A stretch of 64,000 bases of DNA, taken from contig CP075364.1 of NCBI GenBank assembly GCA_019454105.1, positions 311,362 through 375,361 of the forward strand, read 5' to 3'. This document shows, piece by piece, positions 45,900 through 55,455 of this stretch. The position numbers were made by a program, and so were the translations under genes. Each line of letters opens with the position of its first letter. Positions within the stretch are counted from its first letter, which is position 1. The stretch is from Fimbriimonadaceae bacterium. GTDB taxonomy: Bacteria; Armatimonadota; Fimbriimonadia; Fimbriimonadales; Fimbriimonadaceae. The notes under the pieces were generated by a model. The model saw only the letters and a list, made by a program, of their open reading frames with translations, was not told the origin of the DNA and made no database searches.

Positions 45900-47252
45900 T
45901 CAGCGCGGGGCGCGGAGCTCGGACTGTCTGATCTCGTGCTTCCAGAGTTCCTTGCCGTCCTTGTCGTGGTGAGTGATCACGAGCCGACGGTCGTCGCGCG
46001 GGCCGCGCACGTGGATGACGCCGTAATGGCGCTTGCGGGTGACCCAGGTGCCTGGCACCCGCGCCGGGTTGTCCGCTTCCCGGTCGTTTTGGCCCGATCC
46101 GGCGGTGAGGGGCGAGGTGGTGACTTCGTACCACGGGTAGGGCGCCCCGGGCCACTCCACCTTGAGGAGCTCGCCTGCGTGCCGGTCGCCGCTGAGAAAG
46201 ACGACGCCTGGGATCTTGGTCTGCGCGATGAAGTCGAAGAGGTCCTTCTGTTCTTCTTTGAAGTTTCCGAAGCCTTCGAAGAAGACACGGGGTTGGATCA
46301 TCTGCCCACCGGCGACGATGAACTTGAATGCGGCGTTTGAACTGACCAGGCTGTCCTTGAGCCACTGGATCTGTTCGGGGCCGAACATCACCTTGGTGGG
46401 GCCGTCGGGATAGCGGTTGGGGGCGCGCCAATAGCGGTTGTCGAGCATGAAGAACTCGCAGTCGCCCCATTCGAATCGGAAGAAGCAACCTCGGGTCTCG
46501 GGAGTGCCGCGCTGGAGGCTTGGGAAGTAGTCGCTGAACACCCGGAGGGCCTCGCCTTTGAGCCGGAAGGATCGGTCGGAGTCGTTGGGGCCGTAGTCAT
46601 GGTCGTCCCAGACGGCATAGTGGTGGGTGCTGCCCAAGAGCGGCTGGAGGACGGGGAGCTGGCGGTCTTTTCGCCACCGGAGACGCATGGACGGTTCGGT
46701 GAGCCAGTCCATTTCACGATAGTAGAGGTTGTCGCCCAGCCAGACCATGAGGTCGGGGCGCTCTCGGTGGAGGGCGGCAAAGATCTCGTGGTCGCCGCCA
46801 TAGGGGGTTCCGGGGCGATCGAAGGGGGGATCGTTGGTGTAGGAGCAGGAGCCGAGGGCGACCTTGAACTCGGGCGGGACAGCGGGGTTCGACGCCCAGC
46901 GCCAGTGGGGTTGGGTCTGAAACTCAAGCGGGTAGTCGCGCCTGACCTCTTGGCCATCGATGAGGAGTCGATAGTCGAACTTCGTGCCCATGGGGAGGGC
47001 GGTGAGCTTGACGAGGGCGATATGGTCGCCTTCTTCGGTCGTGGCGACCGTCTTCTCTTGGCTCTCGGAGGGCTTGTCCTTGGGCCAATAGCGGATGGTG
47101 ACCCGGGCGGGGCGGGTGGTCTGGACCCAGACGGCGGTCTCGGTCATCTCGGCGTAGGCCAGCATCGGCCCAGAGCTCAGATCGGGGTGCGGCTGGGCCA
47201 GGACGGGCCAGGCCGCGACGAGCGACAGAAACAAAAGGGCTCCTCTCACCAT
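45900..47252 (-). CDS. phoD: PhoD-like alkaline phosphatase/phosphodiesterase
   Basis: It has a signal peptide and a PhoD N-terminal domain (GPMLAYAEMTETAVWVQT). The metallophosphatase motifs are WLGDNLYY, VWDDHDYG and LSGDRH. Confidence 0.85.
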   Translation of the reverse strand: MVRGALLFLSLVAAWPVLAQPHPDLSSGPMLAYAEMTETAVWVQTTRPARVTIRYWPKDKPSESQEKTVATTEEGDHIALVKLTALPMGTKFDYRLLIDGQEVRRDYPLEFQTQPHWRWASNPAVPPEFKVALGSCSYTNDPPFDRPGTPYGGDHEIFAALHRERPDLMVWLGDNLYYREMDWLTEPSMRLRWRKDRQLPVLQPLLGSTHHYAVWDDHDYGPNDSDRSFRLKGEALRVFSDYFPSLQRGTPETRGCFFRFEWGDCEFFMLDNRYWRAPNRYPDGPTKVMFGPEQIQWLKDSLVSSNAAFKFIVAGGQMIQPRVFFEGFGNFKEEQKDLFDFIAQTKIPGVVFLSGDRHAGELLKVEWPGAPYPWYEVTTSPLTAGSGQNDREADNPARVPGTWVTRKRHYGVIHVRGPRDDRRLVITHHDKDGKELWKHEIRQSELRAPR

Positions 47253-47281
47253 GCCCGGAGTCTAGCCCCGGGCACGGGGGG

Positions 47282-48625
47282 TCACGAGACCCGGGTCAGG
47301 CTGCGGTCGAGCTTTTCGAGAAGAAGGTCGACGTCGGCCTGGGTGACGCTGAGGTTGGGGCGGAGGCGGATCGATCGCTCCCCGCCGCCGAGGAGGAGGA
47401 GGGACTCTTGGTCGCGGGCGTCGCGGACGAGGGCTGTCTTGCGGGCCTCGGTGTCGAGACTGAAGCCTTGGTAGAGCCCCATGCCGCGGACGTTGAGCAT
47501 GACGCCTTGGTGGTCGAGTTGGAGCCGCTTGAGACTGTGGGCGAGGTAGGCGCCGGTGGTCGCGGCCCTTTCGACCAGGCGCTCCTCTTCGAGGATCTCG
47601 ATCTCTCGGGTGACGCGGACCATGTCGGCGAGGGTGCCTCCCCAGGTGCTGTCGAGGACGCCGACCTCTTCGAGGGGTTCGTACATCCAGACGACGCCGG
47701 TGCCGAACTTCTTGCCTCCCGCGACGGCGAGGGGCGGATGGGGGAGTTCGAAGTGGTCGATGGCGAACATTTTGCCGGTGGCGCCCAGGCCGGTCTGCAC
47801 CTCGTCGAAGGCGAGAGCCACGCCATGCTCGTGGGCGATGCGGCTGAGGCCCTGGAAGAAGCTGGGGAGGGCGACCCTTTGCCCCCCGGCCCCTTGGATC
47901 GGTTCGACGATGACGCCGACGATCTCGTCCTTCATCTGGCTGACGGTCATCTCGACCATGCTGAGGACGTTCTCGACGGCGCGCTCGTTCTCGGCGTCGG
48001 TGCGGTCGGCATCAAAAGCGGGGAAAGGAAGCTTGATGTTCCCGCCGCTCGTGAGGCCGTGGAAGTCTTTGGTGGCGACAGGATCGAGGGTCTGGGTGAC
48101 GGCGAGGGCGTAGACCGTGCGCCCGTGGAAGGCTTTATCGAAATAGACAAAGCGCCGGTTGGTGACGGGCTTCTCTTCGGCCAGCTTCTTGCTGTTGAAG
48201 CGGCTGACGAGATACTTCATCATGTTCTCGACCGCTTCGGCGCCGGAATTGACGGTGTAGACCTCGAGCCGGGGGTTCCTCATGACCTTGGGGGCAAGTC
48301 GGTGGAGAATCTTATAAAACTCGAGGCACTCGGGGGTGAGGAAGTCAGGATTGGCGGTCTTGTTATTGGCGGCGAGCGTGAGCCTTTTGAGGTACTCGGG
48401 CTCTTGGAGGCCGGGGTGGTTGTGGCCGAGGAGCTTGGATCCGTAGTAGCCGCACCAGTCGAAGAGCCTCTGGCCATCGACGGTGACGAGCCACAGGCCT
48501 TCGCCATTCGCCAGGTCGAGGACGAAAGGGTGGGGCTGGGTGACCACGTATCGGGCGAGCTCGTCCAGCATTTGGGCCGAGACCGGGCCGGGGAGCGTGG
48601 TGGCGGGGGCCTTCTGGACGGTCAT
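47282..48625 (-). CDS. lat: Class III aminotransferase, L-lysine 6-transaminase-like
   Basis: ORF-track 47282..48913 trimmed to ATG 48625 (MTVQKAP...). PFVLDLANGEGLWLVTVDG, NSGAEAVEN, FHGRT and DEVQTG are present. The substrate call is tentative. Confidence 0.75.
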   Translation of the reverse strand: MTVQKAPATTLPGPVSAQMLDELARYVVTQPHPFVLDLANGEGLWLVTVDGQRLFDWCGYYGSKLLGHNHPGLQEPEYLKRLTLAANNKTANPDFLTPECLEFYKILHRLAPKVMRNPRLEVYTVNSGAEAVENMMKYLVSRFNSKKLAEEKPVTNRRFVYFDKAFHGRTVYALAVTQTLDPVATKDFHGLTSGGNIKLPFPAFDADRTDAENERAVENVLSMVEMTVSQMKDEIVGVIVEPIQGAGGQRVALPSFFQGLSRIAHEHGVALAFDEVQTGLGATGKMFAIDHFELPHPPLAVAGGKKFGTGVVWMYEPLEEVGVLDSTWGGTLADMVRVTREIEILEEERLVERAATTGAYLAHSLKRLQLDHQGVMLNVRGMGLYQGFSLDTEARKTALVRDARDQESLLLLGGGERSIRLRPNLSVTQADVDLLLEKLDRSLTRVS

Positions 48626-48715
48626 GCCTTGTAGTCTACGGGCGGAGGCTGAAAGCTGGGAGGGATGCGTGGGGAAGACTGCCCAGGGAGGCCCAGGGGC
48701 GGCATAATCTCGGCG

Positions 48716-50662
48716 ATGCCGCGGCCCTTGATCCTGAGCAACGGACGACTTTGGATCGGATACGACGACCGATATCGGGCGCGAGACCTCTTCTGGCCGC
48801 ACGTGGGGCACCCGAACCACCTCTTGGGCCACTCGATGAGGATGGGGGTCTGGTGCGACTCGGGATTCTCGTGGTGCGACGGGGAGGACTGGAAGGTGGA
48901 GGTCGGCTACCAAGGGGGGACGATGGTGGGGTCGGTGGCCCTGACAAACCCAAAAATGGGGATCGGACTGTCGATCGAGGAGGCGGTCGATCCAGCTCTT
49001 TCAGTCTTGGCGAGGCGCATTCGGGTCACGAACAGTTCGTCCGGCGAACGGTTAGTGAGGCTGTTCTTCACGCAGGACTTGAACCTGGGCCAAAGCGACG
49101 TGGGGAACACGGCGTTCTACAACCCGTTCCTTCGGGCGGTGGTGCACTACCGGGGTCCGTGCTTCGTGGTGTTTTCGGCGGAAGGCGGGACGGACGGGAT
49201 CGAGCAGTTCTCGACCGGGATCACGGGGTTCAACGGACTGGAAGGGACCTGGCGCGACGCCGAGGACGGGCACCTCAGCGGCAATCCGATCGCCCAGGGA
49301 TCTGTGGACTCGACCTTCGACGTCCGGCTCATGGTGCCGGGGAAGGGCGAGGCAGAAGCGCGGACCGTGACGGTGTTCGGGGCCCGGTTGGACGAGGCTG
49401 GGGAGCTCTTGGAGCAGGTTCGGGGCGACGGAGTCGAGACGGTCCTGGCTCGGAGCGTCGAAGACTCGCGCCGGTGGCTGGCGAGAGCGCGATTCCCAAA
49501 AGTTTCGGACTTGCCTGAGGGAGTGGCGGAGTTGTTCGAGCGGAGCCTGCTCATGATCCGAGCCCAGTGCGACCAGGGCGGTGCGATCTTGGCCGCCAAC
49601 GACTCGGACATTCTGGCGACGAACCGCGCCACATATAGTTATTGCTGGCCGAGGGACGGGGCCTTGACCTCTTTGACCCTAATGAGGCTGGGGCTGGAGG
49701 ACGAGGCGGCCCGCTTCTTGGAGTTCTGCAGCGACGTCCTGCCTCATGACCGGGCTTGCTTGATGCAGAAATATCGCAGCGACGGGTCTTGGGGGGCGTC
49801 GTGGCATCCTTGGCTGCACGAAGGCAGGCCAGAGGTGCCGCACCAGGAGGACGAGACGGCGTTGACGCTCTTGGCCCTTTGCCGGCATCCGGACGCGGCC
49901 TTGCAGGCCCGGCTTTGGGAGGGGATGGGACGGCCGATGGCCAAGTACCTGCTGGACTTTCGTGGCGAGAGCGGTCTTCCCCAGCCCAGCTGGGACTTGT
50001 GGGAGGAGCGGCGCGGGATCCATGCCTTCACGGTGTGCGTGGCGGCGGCGGCCTTGTCGGCGGCAGGAAAGATCGCGGGAGACCTGGATTCGGGCGACCT
50101 GGGGGCCCGGTGCGACGAGGCGGCCAAAGCGATGCGGACGGCCTTCTTAGACCGTTTCTTCGACCCCCACCTTGGAAGGTTGCTGCGAATGTTGAGGCCG
50201 GTGAACGGCGACCTGGTCGGTGACCCGACAGCGGACAGCGCGATCCTGGGCGGGTTGTTGATCGCGGACTTCGACCTCAATGACGAGCCCTGTCGCCAGA
50301 CGGTCAAACACTTGGAGCAGGAACTGCTGGTCCAGACACCTGTGGGAGGTTTCGCCCGGTACGCCGGGGATTACTATTTCCGGGTGAGCGACAGTCTGCC
50401 GGGCAACCCATGGTTCATTTCCACGCTTTGGTTCGCCCAGGCCCGGATTCGCACGGCAAGAAGTCTGGACGACCTCGACGGGCCGTTGGAATGGCTGAAG
50501 TGGACTGTCCGGTGGGCGGCCCCCAGCGGGGCGCTTTCGGAGCAGGTGCACCCAGAGACAGGCGAGCCCGTGTGCGTGAGCCCGCTGACCTGGTCGCACA
50601 GCGAGTTCGTCCACACGGTGCTGGACTGGTGCGCTCGTCGAGAGGCCCTGTCCAGTGGTTGA
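48716..50662 (+). CDS. GH15 glycoside hydrolase (glucoamylase/trehalase-like)
   Basis: Trimmed to ATG 48716 (MPRPLILSNGRLWIGYD). YSYCWPRDGA, PSWDLWEERRG and LTWSHSEF are present. Confidence 0.85.
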   Translation: MPRPLILSNGRLWIGYDDRYRARDLFWPHVGHPNHLLGHSMRMGVWCDSGFSWCDGEDWKVEVGYQGGTMVGSVALTNPKMGIGLSIEEAVDPALSVLARRIRVTNSSSGERLVRLFFTQDLNLGQSDVGNTAFYNPFLRAVVHYRGPCFVVFSAEGGTDGIEQFSTGITGFNGLEGTWRDAEDGHLSGNPIAQGSVDSTFDVRLMVPGKGEAEARTVTVFGARLDEAGELLEQVRGDGVETVLARSVEDSRRWLARARFPKVSDLPEGVAELFERSLLMIRAQCDQGGAILAANDSDILATNRATYSYCWPRDGALTSLTLMRLGLEDEAARFLEFCSDVLPHDRACLMQKYRSDGSWGASWHPWLHEGRPEVPHQEDETALTLLALCRHPDAALQARLWEGMGRPMAKYLLDFRGESGLPQPSWDLWEERRGIHAFTVCVAAAALSAAGKIAGDLDSGDLGARCDEAAKAMRTAFLDRFFDPHLGRLLRMLRPVNGDLVGDPTADSAILGGLLIADFDLNDEPCRQTVKHLEQELLVQTPVGGFARYAGDYYFRVSDSLPGNPWFISTLWFAQARIRTARSLDDLDGPLEWLKWTVRWAAPSGALSEQVHPETGEPVCVSPLTWSHSEFVHTVLDWCARREALSSG

Positions 50663-52514
50663 CGGCTACGGGGTGAGGTCGGTCGTGGTCCGGTCGCCGT
50701 TCCTCGTAGCCCGTCAGCGGGCCATGGTTGAGACGGGTCTCCCGCACCAGTGGAGGATGTGCGAGGAGACCGGGCGGGTGGAGAACTTCCGGCGAGCGGC
50801 CCGAAGAGAGTCGGACGGCCACCAGGGGTTCTGCTACAACGACAGCGACCTTTACAAGTGGGCCGAGGCGGCGGCCTATGCGGTTCTCACGGATCCATCC
50901 GGTTCGGTGCGGAGGGAACTGGCCGAGTTTGCGGGCCTGGTCGAGGCAGCCCAGTTGGAGAGCGGGTACTTGGACACCTACTTCCAGTTGGGGCGGATGG
51001 ATCAACAGTGGAAGAGCCTGACCTCCAAGCACGAAATGTACTGCTTGGGGCATTTGATCGAGGCCGGGGTCGCTTGCGCGTCAGTCGAACCTCGGTTGCT
51101 GACGGCAGCGCGAAGGGCCGCCGACCATGTCGCCTCCGTCTTCGGGCCACAGCGGCGGCTGGGCGCCTGCGGGCACGAGGAGATCGAACTCGCGATGTGC
51201 GCTTTGTCGGACTGTGTCGGGAATTCTGAGTACCGGTCCTTGGCGCGATGGATGACGGAGCGGCGCGGCCACCGACCGAGCCCCTTCGAGAGCGAGATGG
51301 CCAACCCCGAGGCTCGAGAACTGGCCACGGGGTATGCCCGGTTGGTCGAGCCGCACGGGGTTTACGAAGGGTCTTACTTTCAAGATGACCGGCCGTTGGC
51401 GGAGCAGACCGCCCCTGTGGGCCACGCGGTGCGGGCCATGTATCAGTACTGCGGGGCCTTGGACGCCGACCCTGCGGCTTGGCTGCCTGCCTTGCGCTTG
51501 ATCTGGAACGAAATGATTCGGAGCCGTATCTATGTAACGGGTGGGATCGGGTCGGCGCCGGGGATCGAAGGTTTCGGCCCGCCTTTCGACCTTCCAAACC
51601 GGGGGGCCTACTCGGAGACGTGCGCTGCCGTGGGACTGGTCTTTTGGGCGGCTCGGATGTCGCGAGCGACGGGCGAATCCCGCTATGCGGACTGGTTGGA
51701 GCGGGCTTTGGTCAATGCGGTTCTGAGCGGGGTGAGCCTTTCCGGAGATAGATATTTCTATGACAACCCCCTGGCGAGCGTCGGCGACAAGGAGCGGCGG
51801 CCATGGTTCGACTGCGCTTGTTGCCCACCCAACTTGGCTCGGCTCTTGCTTTCGGTCGGCCGATATCTGGTGTGGGCCGACGACCGGAGCGTCACGATCG
51901 ACGTGGGGGCGGAAATGTCGTTCGAGGCTTGGCCCAGTGGCGTGCGCACGGTGGTGGAGGTGCGGTCCGATTGGCCCTGGGGCGGTTCGGTGTCCGTGGT
52001 CGTCAGGCCCGAGCGGACGGTGTGGTTCGCGCTGCGACTGCGGGTCCCCGACTGGGCCACGGGTGTGGATGCCGGGTTCGGCTCTGAAAGTGGTTTGGAG
52101 GTTGGCGGTTGGATCGAAGTGAAGCGGGAATGGACGGGTGGGGAGGAGTTGCAGGTGAACTTCGGGAGGCGTCCCGGTTGGGTGTCGGCTGATCCTCGGG
52201 TGTCCGACACGACAGGAAAGGTCTGTTTGTCCGACGGCCCTGTCGTCTATTGCCTGGAGGAGGCGGATCTAGGCGCACCGGTCTCAATGTTCCACGCGGA
52301 CGTCGAGGGGCGCCTGGCTCCCGACCCTGCGGGCAGCGACGAGGTCAGGGGGCTTCTTGTCACAGGATCTCTGGCTCTTCCTCAGCCCGGGGGCGGACTG
52401 TATTCGTCCCTTTCCGATCGGCATCAGGTCGCCAAGGAGACCCGGTTTGTTCCGTACTTCAGTTGGGCTAACCGGGGGCTGGGATCGATGGCGGTTTGGG
52501 TCAATGGATCGTGA
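50655..52514 (+). CDS. GH127 (DUF1680) beta-L-arabinofuranosidase-like protein
   Basis: NDSDLYKWAEAAAY, QLESGYLDTY and HEMYCLGHLIEAGVA are present, with a Cys-rich CACCPPN region. The start is GTG 50655 or GTG 50673. Confidence 0.8.
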   Translation: MVDGYGVRSVVVRSPFLVARQRAMVETGLPHQWRMCEETGRVENFRRAARRESDGHQGFCYNDSDLYKWAEAAAYAVLTDPSGSVRRELAEFAGLVEAAQLESGYLDTYFQLGRMDQQWKSLTSKHEMYCLGHLIEAGVACASVEPRLLTAARRAADHVASVFGPQRRLGACGHEEIELAMCALSDCVGNSEYRSLARWMTERRGHRPSPFESEMANPEARELATGYARLVEPHGVYEGSYFQDDRPLAEQTAPVGHAVRAMYQYCGALDADPAAWLPALRLIWNEMIRSRIYVTGGIGSAPGIEGFGPPFDLPNRGAYSETCAAVGLVFWAARMSRATGESRYADWLERALVNAVLSGVSLSGDRYFYDNPLASVGDKERRPWFDCACCPPNLARLLLSVGRYLVWADDRSVTIDVGAEMSFEAWPSGVRTVVEVRSDWPWGGSVSVVVRPERTVWFALRLRVPDWATGVDAGFGSESGLEVGGWIEVKREWTGGEELQVNFGRRPGWVSADPRVSDTTGKVCLSDGPVVYCLEEADLGAPVSMFHADVEGRLAPDPAGSDEVRGLLVTGSLALPQPGGGLYSSLSDRHQVAKETRFVPYFSWANRGLGSMAVWVNGS

Positions 52515-52596
52515 GTTCCTTGTTGATGGGCTGCCGGGCTGTCAGACCGCATGGTTAAGTTTCAGCAGAACCGGGCCCATCGACAGACATGAAAAG

Positions 52597-52620
52597 GCCC
52601 CCGAGAGTCCTCTCGGGGGC
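52597..52620 (-). terminator. Rho-independent terminator of the S8 protease gene (possibly bidirectional)
   Basis: The GC stem is gcccccgagag/ctctcgggggc. On the minus strand it is followed by CTTTTC. It lies 26 nt past the stop at 52646. Confidence 0.55.
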
Positions 52621-52645
52621 TGACATCCTTTGCTCGACCGAGTGG

Positions 52646-54403
52646 TTACTCGGTGGCGCGAAGGACGCGGACGTTGATCTGGTCGAAGATCGCCTGCCAG
52701 TTATTGATGGCGACCGGGCCGCCCGCAAAGATCTGCGTGCGGGTTCGGACGATACCACCGCTGATGTAGTTGCCCACGTTGCTGGTCTGGACGGCCTCGA
52801 AGAAGTTGAACGAGGTGCCAATCGCTCCCTGGGCGACGGTGTCGTAGGCTCCGGAGTTGAAGTTCCACAGTTGGACGCGCTGCTGCATGGCCCCGCTGGT
52901 GTTGACCCGGCCGGTCACCTGGACAGCGATCTCGCCGATGTTCGAACCGAACTCGGACGGGACGTTGTGCTCGGTCACGACCTGGACAGGCGGCTCAGCA
53001 GCGTTGGCGACGATGCCCTTTCCGACCGTGAGGTTGTCTCCTTCCACCCGGTACAAGCTGGCGACGTTGCCGCCGATGAGGACGCCGCGGAACAGGCTGA
53101 AGTTGTTCGCGACGCGGCCCATGGCGTTCCAGTGGCTGACGCGGCCCCAACCGAAGTCAGCTGGGACACCCATCGTGCGAGAAGACCGATAGACGATCTG
53201 CTCGATCCTGTTGGCCGTGTAGGCCGGATTGACGCCGACGACGGTGCCGCCGATGCCGCACGCGAACGGGCTGGCCATCGAGGTGCCGCCGAGGGTACCC
53301 AGCGACGTGTTGTTGGAGTCGCTGACCCAGATCGTGCTCAGGATGTTGTCGCCAGGAGCCATGACGTCGATGCCTTCGCCCCAGGCCGAGAAGCTCGCTC
53401 GGGTGCCGGCCGAGTTGGTCGCGCCCACGACGGTGACGTCCAGGTGGTCGGTCGTGGCGGTGCGGGCGCCCGTGTTCCCAGCGGCCCAGCAGTAGAACAC
53501 GCCGAGGGTCTTCAGCGTGGCTCCCATCGTTTGGACGGCGCCGCTGTTGTAGCCCGAGTAGCTCGTGCTGACGACGCGGGCTCCACCGGCTCTGGCCGCC
53601 CACTCGGCGCCGTAAATGAGCGCCGTGATGGTCGAACCTCCACCGGAGCTGTCCGAGACGCGGACCATGACGTGCTTGGTCAGGCCGCCCCAGCCAGCGA
53701 CGCCGGCCACGAGAGTGCCGTTGTTCGTGTTCGCGGCTGCGATGCCCGTGGTGTGAGTGCCGTGCCCGTTCAAGTCCTTAACGATCGCGACGCCGTTGAC
53801 GGCTTCGGTTCGCGTTCCGACGTTCCAAGCCGACGACTGGACAGAGTTGGCGCCGCTGACCCGGTTTTGCAGGTCAACGTGGGTCACGTGAACACCGGTG
53901 TCGGTGATACCGACGATGATGTTGGGATTCCCCTGGAAGATGTCCCAAGCGTTCGCGGAGAAGCTGCCGCCGGCTCCCGTGCCGTGACTGTACTGGCTAG
54001 CGTAGTTCGGGTCGTTCGGGACGACTTGCGGGAAGACACGCCAGTTGGGTTCGGCGTACTCATACAGGCCGGTGGCCATGAGCTGCCTGGCCAGCTGGTT
54101 CTCAGACATTCCGGCAGGCACCTTGATCGTGTAGATGTCGGTCGTGTCAGAGTGACCGATCGTCATGTCGGCCAGCTTGATCGCGGCGGCTTCACGCTGA
54201 GACTCAATGGCGACTGGGCCAAGGCCAAGGCGCTGGAGGGCTTCGCGCTGGAGCGGCCTGACAACCATCTCGCCCGTGAATTCCATGTATCCGGGCTGTT
54301 CGACGAAATTGACGACCGTCTGCTTGCCAACGACAGGAACGCGGTTCGCGTTCACCGTGCAGGCAATGGTCGCCAGTGCAACGAGAGTCAAAGTTCTCTT
54401 CAC
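52646..54403 (-). CDS. Secreted subtilisin-like serine protease (peptidase S8)
   Basis: The catalytic triad is in context: ITDTG (Asp), NGHGTHTTG (His) and GGTSMASP (Ser). It has a signal peptide. The GTG start has AGGAGAAG upstream. Confidence 0.9.
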   Translation of the reverse strand: MKRTLTLVALATIACTVNANRVPVVGKQTVVNFVEQPGYMEFTGEMVVRPLQREALQRLGLGPVAIESQREAAAIKLADMTIGHSDTTDIYTIKVPAGMSENQLARQLMATGLYEYAEPNWRVFPQVVPNDPNYASQYSHGTGAGGSFSANAWDIFQGNPNIIVGITDTGVHVTHVDLQNRVSGANSVQSSAWNVGTRTEAVNGVAIVKDLNGHGTHTTGIAAANTNNGTLVAGVAGWGGLTKHVMVRVSDSSGGGSTITALIYGAEWAARAGGARVVSTSYSGYNSGAVQTMGATLKTLGVFYCWAAGNTGARTATTDHLDVTVVGATNSAGTRASFSAWGEGIDVMAPGDNILSTIWVSDSNNTSLGTLGGTSMASPFACGIGGTVVGVNPAYTANRIEQIVYRSSRTMGVPADFGWGRVSHWNAMGRVANNFSLFRGVLIGGNVASLYRVEGDNLTVGKGIVANAAEPPVQVVTEHNVPSEFGSNIGEIAVQVTGRVNTSGAMQQRVQLWNFNSGAYDTVAQGAIGTSFNFFEAVQTSNVGNYISGGIVRTRTQIFAGGPVAINNWQAIFDQINVRVLRATE

Positions 54404-54796
54404 GACTGTTCTTCTCCTGAGCGCGCCGGTACGGAGGGCCCGTACTGCGCGGCATTCAGTTTAGCACGGCTCCACTGCTCGTGAATAGCCGCTACCAGAC
54501 GTTACACTCAAGGAACATGCCAAACCCACGGTAATCGAACCAGGACTTTCACCTTATTCCTGCAAAACTAGCACAATTGACAGGACAGGCGCTCGGCGAT
54601 CGACACAGCAAACGAAGCCCCGGCTAGCAAGACAATGCACCCAAACATGGGCTTTACTGCGGCGGAAGATCTATCGCGTGGCCGGTGCTCAGGCGATCGG
54701 AGGAATGTTGCCCTCGCCTCGCCTGGCTAAGCGCGGCCAAGAATGGTCCAGAAGTGCAAAAACAAACATTTTTGGGCGTCTCCGTCCAAGTAGCAA

Positions 54797-55426
54797 TTAT
54801 AACGAGGCTTCTGTGTTGTCCGCGCTGAGTGAATTGCCAGTTTTACCAAAGTTCAAGGTTTTCCACAATTGATCATCGATCGACCGCAGGCGACCTTCTA
54901 CTCCATAAAACCTATCAGTCAAGCCAAGGTCACGCATTCGTAATCGATCAGCGACTCTCGCGCTTCTGATATTTTCGGCATAGTAGATCGCATAGATTTC
55001 TTTAAGTCCGAGGGTAGAAAACCCATAGTCCAATGCCGCGCGCGCTGACTCCGTCGCGAAACCCTGGCCCCACGCGTCGCGGCGAAGGTGCCATCCGACC
55101 TCGATCTCGTGGACCGCGGGCAGCGAACTTGGGTCGAGCCGGAACCTGCGCCAATCCTCGAGGTGCTCGTTGCGTGGCAACGGCTTGAGGAGGACTGCCC
55201 CGATGATTCTGCCGTCGGTCTTCGTCAAAAGTGGAAAACTTCCCAGGCCAAGGGCAAGGGCGGAATAGGCACGAATGATCTGGACAAGCGACTCGCGTTG
55301 TGTTTGGACGCTCTCTTCTGGGACACCTGAAAGGAACTGGGCCACTTCTGGGTCGCCGTAAATGGCAAAGGCCTCTTCAGCGTCCTGCTCTCGCCAGGCC
55401 CGGATGGTGAGCCGCTCGGTCTCCAT
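54797..55426 (-). CDS. GNAT family N-acetyltransferase (RimJ/RimL-like)
   Basis: ORF-track 54797..55534 trimmed to ATG 55426 (METERLTIRAWREQD). WGQGFATESARAALDYGF is the acetyl-CoA site. The 3' part is visibly AT-richer. Confidence 0.8.
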   Translation of the reverse strand: METERLTIRAWREQDAEEAFAIYGDPEVAQFLSGVPEESVQTQRESLVQIIRAYSALALGLGSFPLLTKTDGRIIGAVLLKPLPRNEHLEDWRRFRLDPSSLPAVHEIEVGWHLRRDAWGQGFATESARAALDYGFSTLGLKEIYAIYYAENIRSARVADRLRMRDLGLTDRFYGVEGRLRSIDDQLWKTLNFGKTGNSLSADNTEASL

Positions 55427-55455
55427 CCGGACCTCTTGGTATCCGCGCACTTGTC

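Noticed and set aside
54568-54648. 26-aa Cys-containing minus-strand ORF (MFGCIVLLAGASFAVSIAERLSCQLC) upstream of the S8 protease, considered as a possible RiPP precursor
   Set aside because: It has no Shine-Dalgarno sequence, no modifying enzyme genes nearby and no way to assess conservation. At this length it is most likely a chance ORF.
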